This document shows positions 38,016 to 49,584 of a stretch of 64,000 bases of DNA, in pieces; position 1 is the stretch's first letter; every line of letters starts with the position of its first letter. The stretch comes from Yuukianura sp. NJ FZ-2021 (lineage: Eukaryota): positions 3,844,001 to 3,908,000 of the forward strand of contig CM102285.1 of the NCBI GenBank assembly GCA_046563655.1, given 5' to 3'. Under the pieces are notes generated by a model. The model had not been told where the DNA came from. It searched no databases and saw only the letters and a program-made list of their open reading frames with translations. The translations under genes and the position numbers were made by a program.

Positions 38016-38425
38016 CATCGGCATATGGACGTTGAGGTACAAACAGTCTTCGCTAACTGGCGCCAAATTCGTGAGGTACTGGGCGCAAGATGGCGAGTTT
38101 TTAGTTCCATCCCGAATTTCGTCTCCCCAGGAGTCTTCGTCAGGATTCAACGGTTGCGACGCCTAAAAACATTAAGATTTTTGAACTTTTCAAAATATTT
38201 GAGTCTAAACATCAACATTCTAAACAGTTTTTCACTCACCTGGAACCGAGCAGGAGGTTTTGCAAACGGAATGTTCTTGAACGAATAAATGGTTTTTCCA
38301 TTGGTTGCCGTTGTCGTCATTCCTCGAATTTTTCCGAAGTTTGTTGTTACAATCACATCTTCATCAACCGCATCCGCTGCTGAAGCCAGGATTGCTGCAA
38401 CACAAAGTAAGAGCTCAACCTTCAT
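38016..38425 (-). pseudogene. Type-B carboxylesterase, first two exons only (truncated)
   Basis: Exons 38425-38240 and 38162-38016 encode a signal peptide, VTTNFGKIRG, FKNIPFAKPP.RF and CAQ...SEDCLYLNV (carboxylesterase signature). No downstream exons with GGG or GxSxG motifs were found in the window. Confidence 0.8.
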
Positions 38426-38743
38426 TTTTTTTGTAAAGTACTTGACCAACCACTTTCAGCCACACAGTGAATGAGCTTTATGTAGAAAAGTGTGTGGCAA
38501 TTTACGAGCACTTACCTTATCAGGTTATCAGACACTGATCATTTGCAGTTTCTAAAAATCTACACTTAAAACACTTGGTCCAATTACTAAACTTTGAAAA
38601 TTTGTATGCACTAATCTGCGATCCCAAGGTCCAGATTCCAGAACAATAATTGTACTAAAAGGTCAACAAGCACTGCATATAAATTAACCTACTAGTCATT
38701 ATTCATTTTATGTAAAACTAAATATTTGGCGATGCATGAAGCA

Positions 38744-38998
38744 TGTGGCGTTTGGGAAGAATCCCATTCCCACTCGCCACAGGATGAGGATTGCATGGAA
38801 GAGACAGCTGGGATAGCTGCCTTCCAATTGCTCCATCCTTCGAGAGGTTTGTAGAATGTGGCCAGATAGCATAAGGGCAGTGCAGTCTCCCCGGACTGGA
38901 GAAAGACGTGGGTTCGAATCCCACTCGGTCACTTATTTTTTCTACACTCTCGTTCTTTGTCTCTCAAGCTATGTGAGCCCTGAATCTCACAAGCAGCT
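38744..38998 (+). ncRNA. tRNA-like structured element (SINE-like or unknown structured RNA)
   Basis: The cloverleaf at 38858-38932 has an A-box-like TAGCATAAGGG and the B box GGTTCGAATCC, followed by a T-run. It is preceded by two hairpins with complementary loops. Its anticodon loop CCGGACT is non-canonical. Confidence 0.6.
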
Positions 38999-39054
38999 CA
39001 AAAAAAGAAGTTTCATAACTGTGGTTGATTTTCAAGAAATCCTTATGTTGTCTC

Positions 39055-39110
39055 AAGTAGCGAAAGCTACTTTATGTGTCGAACCTGTCCTGCTGTCTGT
39101 CTGTCTGTCA
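39055..39110 (+). repeat. Hairpin + (TGTC)n end of a dispersed DINE-1/HINE-like repeat
   Basis: The palindrome AAGTAGC-GAAA-GCTACTT is followed by tatgtgtcgaacctgt and (tgtc)n. Variants occur at 1093-1108 (reverse), 25976, 33080, 35153, 36640 (reverse) and 37964 (reverse, partial). Confidence 0.7.
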
Positions 39111-39970
39111 TTGGCAATTCTCCTTTGTATAATTTGTAGAAACTACAGTTTTCGACAAGTTGTCTCTGCGGTCTATACATTTGTATTAATAACGCAATGA
39201 AGCACGGAAACACGCGATGGTTAAACAGCCTCAATTCCATGACGGGTATTCCGTGTTTACGAGTTTCTTGGCATTTTGAAAAATTCACTTTTACGCTTAC
39301 TTTTGGTGAAGTTGGAATTTTGAAAAATTCATCTGAAATTCAACTTTTGGATGTATTTGAAAGGCGGAAAATTCGCGTGTACTCTAGCGTCTCGACATGC
39401 TTGTCTCGAGAAAAATTCAGCTGCTGTCCAACTTTTCGTATAAAGGCATGGAAATTCATATTCAGTTCTCAAAACTTCGTAAGTGTTTCGCACTCCTTGG
39501 GAAGTAATAGGGCCGCAATAAGACGATTACGACAAAAGTTTCAGGATTTTCAGAAGATTCAGAGGATTAGTCAGGCCTATTTAATTTTAGCCCTTTTGAG
39601 TTTTTACGAAAAACAAACGAGTGTTTTGCTGGTTTTATCGTTTTAGGACGGTTAGTTTAGTTGTTGTTTTCCGTTTAGAAACGTTTGAAGTTGTCATTCA
39701 GGAACGTCCAGTATTAATTAGTGTGACTACTGCCAGTACCATGTATGACTACGAACGAGATACTAACTAATGGTTGTATTGTGTTTGAGAAAGATTGTAG
39801 AATTGTATGTGCCTTTCTACAATATACGATACGTTGTTTTTACAATTTGGTAAGGTACTTACTAAACTATGTTACAAATCTTTTCACCCTGCCACGTTAT
39901 TTTACTGGTTCCATCCCATGGAGTAAATCATACGAGCGTTTCAGTTTAAGGTGTTCTAATTTATTATTTG

Positions 39971-41040
39971 CAGTGTTCCGTAAAAAGCGCTTTTTTAAAG
40001 TCGATGCTTTGCTTTTTGCTGTAAATAGCTTTTTTTGCTGTTTTTGCTTTTTATGCTTTAAAAGCAGCAAAATTGCTGTTAATGGGAGGGACGGGGGGTG
40101 AAAGGCAAACAAGTACAAGACAAACGAAAGATGGAGGGACAGATTCTTCCTTTTTGTAACTTGTTTTCAGTTTATGTCGTTTTAAACTTTCACTTCATTA
40201 ACTTGCCAATTAATTGGTAGAAGTGAAGTGTAAGTGAGAATTACAACGCAGAACTCGAAATTGAATGGAACCAAGGCGTGAAAGACAAGTTGGTAAATCG
40301 GAGGAATCTGATTGGTGGAGACAATAGATAGATTTGAGTACGTATATGTCATGTCTTTGTGCCAGTGCCACTTTGGTATGCCCGGAACAAGTTTGACATT
40401 GGGTCTTATGCGGACAATCTACAATCTGCAGTCCCATTTTCCAGTTCCTGTCGGCACTGGCACAGCTAATGCTGGCACTGGCACAACAGGAACGCAAATG
40501 GAGTTAATTCGCGGTTGAAGGATGGGGAACTGACCAGTGGTATTTCTGTGCCTGTCGTGCCAGTGCCAGCTTAAGCTGTGCCAGTGTCGCCAGGCACTGC
40601 GGAAGATTCCCTGGCTCTTCGGGGTGGTCACTTAAGCACTTCACTGGTATGAACATACGGCAAATAAAATCAAACCAAATCTAAAAATATACAAGTCGCC
40701 GTCCACAAGTGACAATTCATAACAATACAAGCGAAGCGACGGTCCATAAGTGTCTGGTAACGCCACTGGACCAGCCACTTGAATCAGTTTTAACGCTTAA
40801 AAACAAACCGGGACACTAACTGTGACTTTAGTTTTAGCAAATTTGACAATTTGAGTGAATTTAAGCAGTTCCCGCGAGTCCCTTGAAGCTGCGCGTTCTC
40901 TCGTTCACGTTGGTTTTGTTTACCAAAAAACAGCAAAATTTAAAAAAGCATAGTCGAAAAGCGCATGCTTGCTGGTTTTGCTTTAAAAGCAAAAAAAGCA
41001 AGCTAAAAAAGCATCTGCTTTAAAGCACCGCGGAACACTG
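39971..41040. mobile_element. Non-autonomous hAT-type element (1070 bp)
   Basis: Terminal inverted repeats (TIRs) are CAGTGTTCCG...CGGAACACTG. The 8-bp TSD ATTATTTG lies at 39963-39970 and 41041-41048. There are subterminal AAAAGC/GCTTTT arrays and no transposase ORF. Confidence 0.9.
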
Positions 41041-41107
41041 ATTATTTGGTTGTTAATTTTTATAGGGATACACACTGATCGACAGCGTTACGCTTTGACA
41101 TCTGGAC

Positions 41108-43045
41108 ATGGCCGCTTTAACCTGTTGTGATATTTGTCTTGAATGCCACCCCACAGTCAGCTGCCCGCTGATACAAAACGTTCTTCAAATCTCGGATACA
41201 GAACCACTTCCAAGGGCTCTCGCTTCACTCCCATCCGTGCTGCAAGCCCGGAAAGCAGAGATGGAATCTGCCTTCCAAGTGTTCACCTCAGGAATTATTG
41301 AAAAAGGAACTCAATTCGGTCCTCTTGAGGCGCCTGTAGTTTCGAAACGAAGCTCTTCTTCTGAATCAAAATACAGAGTACGGTACACCCCAATGTTTTC
41401 CTTCTTTTTTACTTTGAAGTTTATGAATTTGATTGTTACACTCATGAAGGTGAAAGCGGCGGAGAACGGACCGATTTACTTGGATACCACTTGCTTAAAT
41501 CAGTGCAATTGGATGTGCTTGGTTCGTTGGACTGAGCACGACGAAATGTCAAATTCTATTGTATATCAACTAAGCGGAAAGCTTTACTTTTTGGTCACGA
41601 AGGAAATTGAACCAGGATGTGAATTAGTTGTCACTTACTCCCCAGGTTACAAAACGTTTATCGAGAACGGCGTAGTTCATGCTTATACTATTAGCACACA
41701 GGTGAATCCAGTTTCGCTCATTATTTATTATACCCTGCTACGTGCTACCTAAGTTTTTGGTTTACTTTTAACAGATTGATTGCCCCGCGGATGATAGAAA
41801 TTCAAATTCACTACGATTCGATACGTCTGGTCAAAAACAGGATACTCACCCTGAAATCACCCGGGTTCGAAATGGAACTGCAGGACGACTTGAACAGAAT
41901 GGGAATTTCATTTGCGAAGTTTGTGGAGCTCATTACACAAAGTTCAGCTCTCTCAAGGTGTGACATCTCATTTGCAGGCAGTAATGGCAATAATAAATAA
42001 GCGCTTAAATTCTTTGCTAGACTCACCGCTCGACGCACGGTCCCAGGAGGTACGAATGCCCAACATGCGGGAAACAGTTCCACCGACAAACTCTTTTGTC
42101 TGAGCACCGCTTCGTCCATCTCCCACCACAGGTTGTTACTACATTGCCATTCAAACTCAACTCAAACACTGAAACTGATGTTTACTTTCTTTTGTCAGTT
42201 TGTTTGCCAAGAGTGCGGTAAGACGTTGAAGACGCGGAAGGCACTGGATGTTCATCTTACCATTCACACTGGAATGAAGCAATTCGTATGTGACTTCCAA
42301 GGATGTAACAAGGCGTTTTGTCAGAAGGGCAATTTACTTTCCCACCAGTTGACGCATGTGCCGTTGGAAGAAAAGGATTTCCAATGCCCCTACTGCTCAA
42401 AGCGTTTAGCGTCTAAAGAGTCATTTCACCTTCATGTCAAGTCTCACGAGGAAAAACCGTTTAAGTGCTCACTGTGTGATAAACAATTCGTCACCGATGT
42501 AATTCTTAAGAAGCACCAGCGAGTTGCCCACACGAAGGAACGTTACTCTTGTGCATTTTGTTCTTTGATAGTCAAACAGAAGCATACGTTCCGACGACAC
42601 TTACTCCAGAAACATTCAGAATTCAGTGAAACCTGGCTGTCTGAAGGTAAATCGTCTCATTTCAGGTGTATTATTCTTTGGAATTTATTTACCTATTTTT
42701 AGTAAGAACCTCATTTTACTACGGAATGACTCTTAACGGTTTGCTCATTTGAATTGTTCAGGTCACATAGAAAATTGCTTCCAAGTACATGACGGGATTG
42801 GAACAGGGAAAGCTCCATCTAGTCGGCGGAAAACGATTGTCGTAGAAGTTGTTGGAGAGGATGTACTCGAATTGACGTCGAGCAATCAGAATGTATCGCT
42901 GGATAGGACAGGAGAAGAGCTGCAAATTGAGGACTCTCAGGAAGATCAAGTAATACTTTCCTCTACTGCTGATGAAACTGACAATGAGATTTCATGTTCA
43001 GATTCAGAACTAATCCTTCTCCACTTGAATCAAGATGGTGAGTGA
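41108..43045 (+). CDS. PR/SET-domain C2H2 zinc-finger protein (PRDM-like)
   Basis: It has an N-terminal Cys knuckle (CDICLECHPTVSCP), RALASLP, and PR-domain motifs GTQFGPL, CNWMCLVR and EIEPGCELVVTYS. Seven C2H2 fingers are spread over exons ~41775-41957, 42021-42131 and 42199-42646, followed by an acidic tail at 42762-43045. Confidence 0.88.
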
Positions 43046-44584
43046 CAAGAGAACTTTGGAAATCGAAATTTGTTTCATATGTAGAGATTGATTTTGTCGT
43101 GTTAGTTAATCCTTTGCTCAACAATCAGTATCAAAACAAATCGATCAGATTCGTCTGCACCAAAATTGTTTTACTTACACGTACGGCATGTTTGTCATGT
43201 CGATCATGCCCCGAAATACTAGTTACGCGATTATGCAGCGAATTTCACTACGTAGAAACTAATGTTCAGATTTTTTTTGATAAATTAGGATTTCTTGAAG
43301 GCTAAATAATTCAATAGCTTTTATTTTCTTTTAGGTGAGTTCGTGCTGAAACTGGGTCACGGAGGAGATGTTGCGGAAAACGCGAATTAAATGGTTGAAA
43401 GATGAGAATATAAGCCTGAAATAGAACTGCATCACTATTTTTATAACATTTGGATATTATTATTAGTCCAATACTTAGTAATAGAATAAGAGCTAAAATC
43501 AATAACTTTAATCAATAAGTTAAGCAAATTCTTATTGCTGGCTCATGAGTTGCAGTGAAACGCGGAGGAGATTGGACAACCGCCCGCCATATCTAAATTG
43601 CCTTTAACATAATACAGAACTTCTGCAGAGATAACGAAATTTATTCGTGAATGGCGGTATCTTTATAACGAAACGATCGAACTAAAAACCCAAACCAATT
43701 CGGCATTCCGCAACTTCCGCTGTGCTATTCAGCACAGCAGAAGCGAATCATCATCCTCACCTTTTACTTATATGTACTAAACATTCAAAAGGGAAAGCAT
43801 CTTCTAAAGAGAAAGCTTTCCCATTAAACCTAGGTCGTTGCAAACGGTTTTTCAGAAGTCTCAATTCTTATTGGAAGCCTGTCGTGCATTTTGTCCAAAA
43901 CTTAAATTCTGCAGCATAACGGACAATAGCCAGCTCGAAAAGCCGTTTACCAATCCTACGGTAAAATATTCATGAGTTCAATGAGAGTCGGTCGGCAAGA
44001 GTCACTAAATTATTCAGTTGTTTGCAATTTCCATCGGACCTATTTTCTTACACCTCACATTCAGTTTGTTAAAGTCGCCAAAAATCATTTCAATTTGTCA
44101 GTGTTCAGCACAGTTTGCGTTGCTTTTTCAATTTTGCGAAACGTTTACCGAAAAGTCCGTTGCTTTCAGTTGCTTCATTTCTACGATTTCGATCAATTTT
44201 CCGAAAAGTTTACCAAAAAGTTGTTTTCATTTGCATTGTACCTGTTTACCTAACCCTAATTTGTTTTCAAAGTTTCTACCAATATACTAGTAAATCCATC
44301 TAAGAGTTATGTATTTTGTTTTTCTTTAATTTTTTGATGTTTTTGTAAAACGGAGCAGCAAAAAAGCCAACTTGTGACTTTGTTTGTTTTCTCCTGAGTG
44401 CTTTTATATTTCTTTTCCCAGACAGAGGAACCTAAAAGAGCGCAACTTAAAAGTTTTCCTTTTGGAAAGTGGTCAAGGACGCCATAAAAGTCAGAATGAC
44501 TTTTCCAAAAAGCACAAAACGGAATGATGAGAAAATAAAACCGGAATCTGGGTCTTGTGAACAAGTCTAACTGTGAGTGGGACA

Positions 44585-46536
44585 ATGTCACCCGAGGAAA
44601 ATCAATTGAGCTTCCTTGACTTTCGTTGCTTGGGAGGACCAAGGACCAGAGTCAGAAGGGGCCCCTTGACTACATTGTTCAAGATCTTTGCCTCCCTTTG
44701 TTTCCTGATAACAATCACGTTCATTGTCTGGAGTTGGTCGGAACTGCAGGGAAGAAGGCTGTATCAGATCAGAGGAGATGCAGAAGATGCTGTCTTCAGA
44801 GACAGAGACACTGTCATCGCTGCTACCATCTTCAGCAATGATCTTCAAAATGCAACGGAAACGGGTCCGGGGAATGCTAAACCCTCAGATGCATTGGTAC
44901 TTCTCCAGACCTAATTTTTCATTTCCAAATTTCTGCACCCAAACATTTTTTGAAAAGGAATTTGCAGTTTACAGAACGGAAAAGTTATGTCAAGCACTTC
45001 TGTTCAAAACGAAGACACAGCAACTTTTCTTTCAATGCTGGAAGAATGACAAGACCATCTAGAATCTCTTTTACGACTTCCAGGCGCTCCAGCGGAAGTC
45101 GTCGAAATTGGATTTTCATTAACTCTGACAACATCAACAGCGCTATTGACAAGTAATGCATTTCTGATGCAAGCTTTTTTGAAAAATGAACGTGTGAAAA
45201 GCTTTTCTATTTCATTTTGAATTAACAATTGACCTTGATTTTAGGACTGATTTCAGGAGGTCACCCGATCTTAAGTCAACACAAGGATGGTCACTCGAAT
45301 GGTGTCCAGTTTACAAAGCAGCGTCCACTCCTTGGATGGCCATATTTGCCAAATTACTTAACCTTTTGACCCCACATACGGAAGAACTCATAAGAAAAGG
45401 AAAACTAACTTTTATAAAACTATTTAAAGATTTTCGATTCAACATGCCCTCAAAAGTAGCCAATTCTACATCAAAAATCAACTACAAAATGTTAATTGTT
45501 CGACATCCATTTAGTAGATTGTTGTCAGCATTTCGGGACAAGTTGGAACGAATTAAAGGGCGGGAATTCTACCATCGAAAATATGGATATCGAATACTCA
45601 CACAGTTTCGATATGCACAACAATTCAATCAATTGAGGGAAGCTCAAGGAAGTAACACTGAAAAGTTTCATACAATGCTTTCTAAAATATTAGGTAAAAA
45701 GTTATGGAAGCTTTCCTAATTTAAAAAAATCCCAGTTATTTTTTGACGCAATTTTTAATTTCCAGAACTTCGAAATGGCGTTGGAATTGTCAGTGAGAAA
45801 ACGAGGAACCAAAGCATCTCGAAGCTTTTCCAGCAAAAGCTGTTTCCAATTGCTGCTAGAGAACGTCCAACTTTTCATGAATTTGTGCAATACCTTATAC
45901 AAGCTGACCCGAGGTCAATGGACGAACATTGGCGGTAAATCAAAACATTTCAAGATCATATGACCTCAAACAGGTCAAACTATTTTTAGTTAGGTTTCTC
46001 GTTAAGTTCGATAAAACTTTCACTTCCAGCGTTTTTTCCCCTTTTATTTCTGTACTGAGAATTCACAATGCCAGGTTAACTTATTGTTAACTCAACCCAG
46101 CATAGGTCAATATTTCAAAAGAGTTGACTATGTTGTACTACTTACTATCTAACCTAATTCGCTTTAATTTTCTAGGCCAATGTATCTTGACTGTGATCCC
46201 TGCAAAAACAATTTTGACTTTATACTGCAAGTGGAGACGATGGAACAAGACAGGTCCATTGTTCTGGATCTCCTTGGATTCCATCCAAATAGGACACTCC
46301 AATCCCTTGAATCTGTCTGGAAGCGATGGACCAACAGAGGTCGAGAAGATCCTCATTCCCAAGCCAACGGAAATTTTCAAAAATTTGAACAAGGGGAAAG
46401 TAAGCTTTCTCCCTTGGAGGCTTTCTACTTTTCAAAAGTGCCAAAATCTGATCTCTCGCTGCTTTATCTCAAGTATGAAGTGGATTTTAGGTTATTCAAT
46501 TATTCAGCACAACCCTACTTCCTCATGGCCAGATAA
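44585..46536 (+). CDS. Carbohydrate sulfotransferase (Sulfotransfer_2, CHST11/HNK-1ST family), type II membrane protein (5 exons)
   Basis: It has an N-terminal TM (IFASLCFLITITFIVW), the 5'-PSB motif WCPVYKAASTPW and the 3'-PB motif IVRHPFSRLLSAFRDK. It also carries PTFHEFVQYL, DEHWRPMYLDCDPC..FDFIL..ETMEQD and LYLKYEVDFRLFNY. Confidence 0.92.
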
Positions 46537-46676
46537 CCGGAAAACTTTCTGTCAAAAATAACAAGTTTTCAACTTTTCCTTGCTACTTTCACTTTACTTC
46601 ATAATGAATTTACCACTCCATTAGCCTCGGATATGCGCCCATACCCACAAAGCATGCAGTAGCTTAACCCTTTCAC

Positions 46677-47191
46677 CAGGGCTGGTCTTTTTAGCGCTAA
46701 AAAAGAATAGCTTAGCAATTTTAGCAAAAGTGCTAAAAACCCCGCTATTTATGCTAAAACAATGTATCCTTATGGGGATCGGGCGCGAAGTTCGCAATCA
46801 GAACGCTAAGCGACAATTCGGTGCATACAAACCCTTAGATTTCCGTTGAAAGAGAACTACGCAGACCTAAAATATTTAGCAAATTAATTCATCATAAATT
46901 AACAAATAACATAGCGAAAAAAGAATATAATAATAAAAAATAATTAATAAGATTAATTTCATAAAGTAATTAATTCTTACACCACAATAACTATGATAAT
47001 TATTTCAGTCATTAACAAAATCAATTTCATCAAAACTGTTTTCTTTTTACTGTTTTTTTAAAAAAAATTATGCTTTTCAAAAAACTTTTTAAATTTCGCA
47101 GTGAACTTAGCATCGCAGCCGTTTTAGCTTAGCATAAATAGCAATAGTAGCTCGCGCTAAAAATGCTAACGCTAAATGCGAACCAGCCCTG
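46677..47191. mobile_element. Non-autonomous hAT-type MITE (515 bp)
   Basis: TIRs are CAGGGCTGGT...ACCAGCCCTG. The 8-bp TSD CCTTTCAC lies at 46669-46676 and 47192-47199. There are subterminal TTAGC/GCTAA repeats. Confidence 0.9.
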
Positions 47192-49584
47192 CCTTTCACC
47201 TTAACACTAAAAGTCAAAGGTCAACGACAAGATTTCCCTGGATTTCAATCCGGATCTCATTCGCATACGACTCCATAATGAAAGTTTCTAACGCTTGCAA
47301 ATCTTATTCGATGTTTCCAAAATTCCAACCTGCGGCGAAGCTTTGGAAAATTTCATTTTCCATTTATTTTTGAACCTACTGATGCTTCATATTTCGGCTC
47401 GTCTGTGAAAAAATATTACTTTATTGGCACATTTGTGAAATTACGCCCCTAATCTTTAATCTTTCTCGGTTGTTATTTTCGGTAACCCCGATGGTAATAA
47501 ATAATTCCTTAATTTCATTTTGATTTGACTTGGAAAAAATCGTATTTTCAAAAAGATTCATGAATTATTGCGTTATTTTGGCTATATGCCGAAAATACGA
47601 ATTTCGAGGTCCTTTCTCTTACTTTTAAAAAATCTGGGCAACTTTCTTTTTGCTGCAGCATTTTGTTGCCACAAAACCAAAACTTGTTAAACTGTTTCAG
47701 TTCGATTTTGAAAAAAATATGTAGAACTTCTTTTGCCATTCCTTGGTTTCAAGATTTAAGGAGAAAGCTACAAACCAAAAATTCGCATTGGATGTAATCA
47801 GAACAGTGTCGCGCCTTATTAAAAAGTTTGTTGCCTTAACCTTTCCCCTCTGCTAATAAAAGTAACACACAAGGCTGTTTCTACCAGGGCCATGTTGAAC
47901 TATTAAGTATAAAATTTTAAGTACAGATTTTGGTCAGGATATAAAATTAAAATTATGCAAGGTTGCAATTTTCTACATCAAACGAAACGAGCCCTACTAC
48001 GGTTATTAGACGCAGTTCAGAGGCTGAGAGACCCTCAACATTTTTTTTTCAAACCAAGATCCACAAACAAGGCCCAATTTTCTTTAATCAAACCAATGCC
48101 GATGATGATGAGGAAGAGATCATTCAGGATCCCAGCAGCTAACGATGACCAGAAGCCTCATTTCGACAGAGATTAATTTCCAAAAGACATTAATCATGTC
48201 AGCATTTTCGTCATCCAAGTTCCTTGGACCATTCATGATAGACGATTTAAAAAACAAACAAATTGTAACAGGGTGATACGTTGTCTCCAGCACGAAGGAA
48301 ATGAAACAGAGAAGATAGTGCTACTGGAATTGGAATTAAGGTCAACTTTAATTAACATTTGTGTACTGTACTAGCGCATATCGCACGTCAATTTAGTTAG
48401 TAAACTTAAACATTAAACTAAAACTTATTTATAAACACTGCCAAACAGAGAATTGATATAAGAAGAATATGAGAACCAAAAAGAACACAAAACTTAAACA
48501 CTCTTCGACTACAGTAAATACATGATAGGAATTAAGAAATTAGTCACAATTTAAGAACTTCGTCTGCCTTCAATTTCAAAATTTGAGCAAAAACGTCGCC
48601 ATATTCTACAAAGGGCTCCCATCTTAAATATTATACGGGTCGGTACAGTATAGAGTAAGGTTAACATGAAGATAGAAAGATATTTTTAGGAAAATTTAAC
48701 ACGTTTTTTAAGATTGAAGTAAAATACTACATTTTTTAAATTTCAATTAATTTCAATTTTAGATTGATCAGTTACTACTTTTACGATTACGACTACTTTG
48801 TTGCAGCTTTTACAAAAAAATGCAGTTTCGAAATGAAAATGCATTTTAAAGACGCTGTTCCCTTCCGTAAAGTTTAGCCATCATTTTTAGAATTTGTTAT
48901 ACAAAATAGAAGTGAGAACTTTTGTCCCAAAAAGTATATAAGGTCAACCCTAAAGAATTTCCTAAAAATTACAAGTGTCCAAGTACAAAAAAAAATACAC
49001 AATGCTCTAAACTTTCTTGAATCACAAAAGTTTGACTATTTTTGGTTGATCCTGAAAAAAAAAACCGAACTGCCCTCGCTTTATTTCTTCGCGTCTGTTA
49101 AAAAGAGAAATCAAAAAGCGAAATCGCGCTTACAGCGTCACGGTAAAAGTTGTGAAAAAAAAATCAAACACCGTTATTTCTGTCATCATTTATAGGTCGA
49201 TTTCCAAAGATCGAAGAATTTCGCACAAAAAAGTTTTTGGCACTAATTCGTCCTGTTTTTCTTTAAAGAATTAAACTTGAGCGTCCTTCTAATTCTGAGA
49301 TGCAAAGTGAAAAATATGTGTCGAAGGTTTGGAGACTGCGACGACGGGAGACGTTAACAAAAATAGCCTAAGGTTTCAAGTTATATGTTGCCCACAAAAC
49401 TAACGATTTTAGATGAGCCTTTTAAAGTTTTAAGCGTTAACTTTTTAACTCTTTTAAAAAATGCTATATCGTGACTACCACTCCCTTGTACTTGACATAA
49501 CTCCTCATTAAATCTGACTATCCTGGTTTGTATTTGATTGATTGTGGAGGTGAAGATTAAAGATGATGATCATGAGAATCCATT

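Noticed and set aside
38858-38932. Functional tRNA-Ser(GGA)
   Set aside because: It has no U33 or purine 37, no long variable arm and a bulged acceptor stem. Reported as tRNA-like instead.
39197-39646. 149-aa ORF
   Set aside because: It looks like non-coding repeat-derived sequence with no protein motifs.
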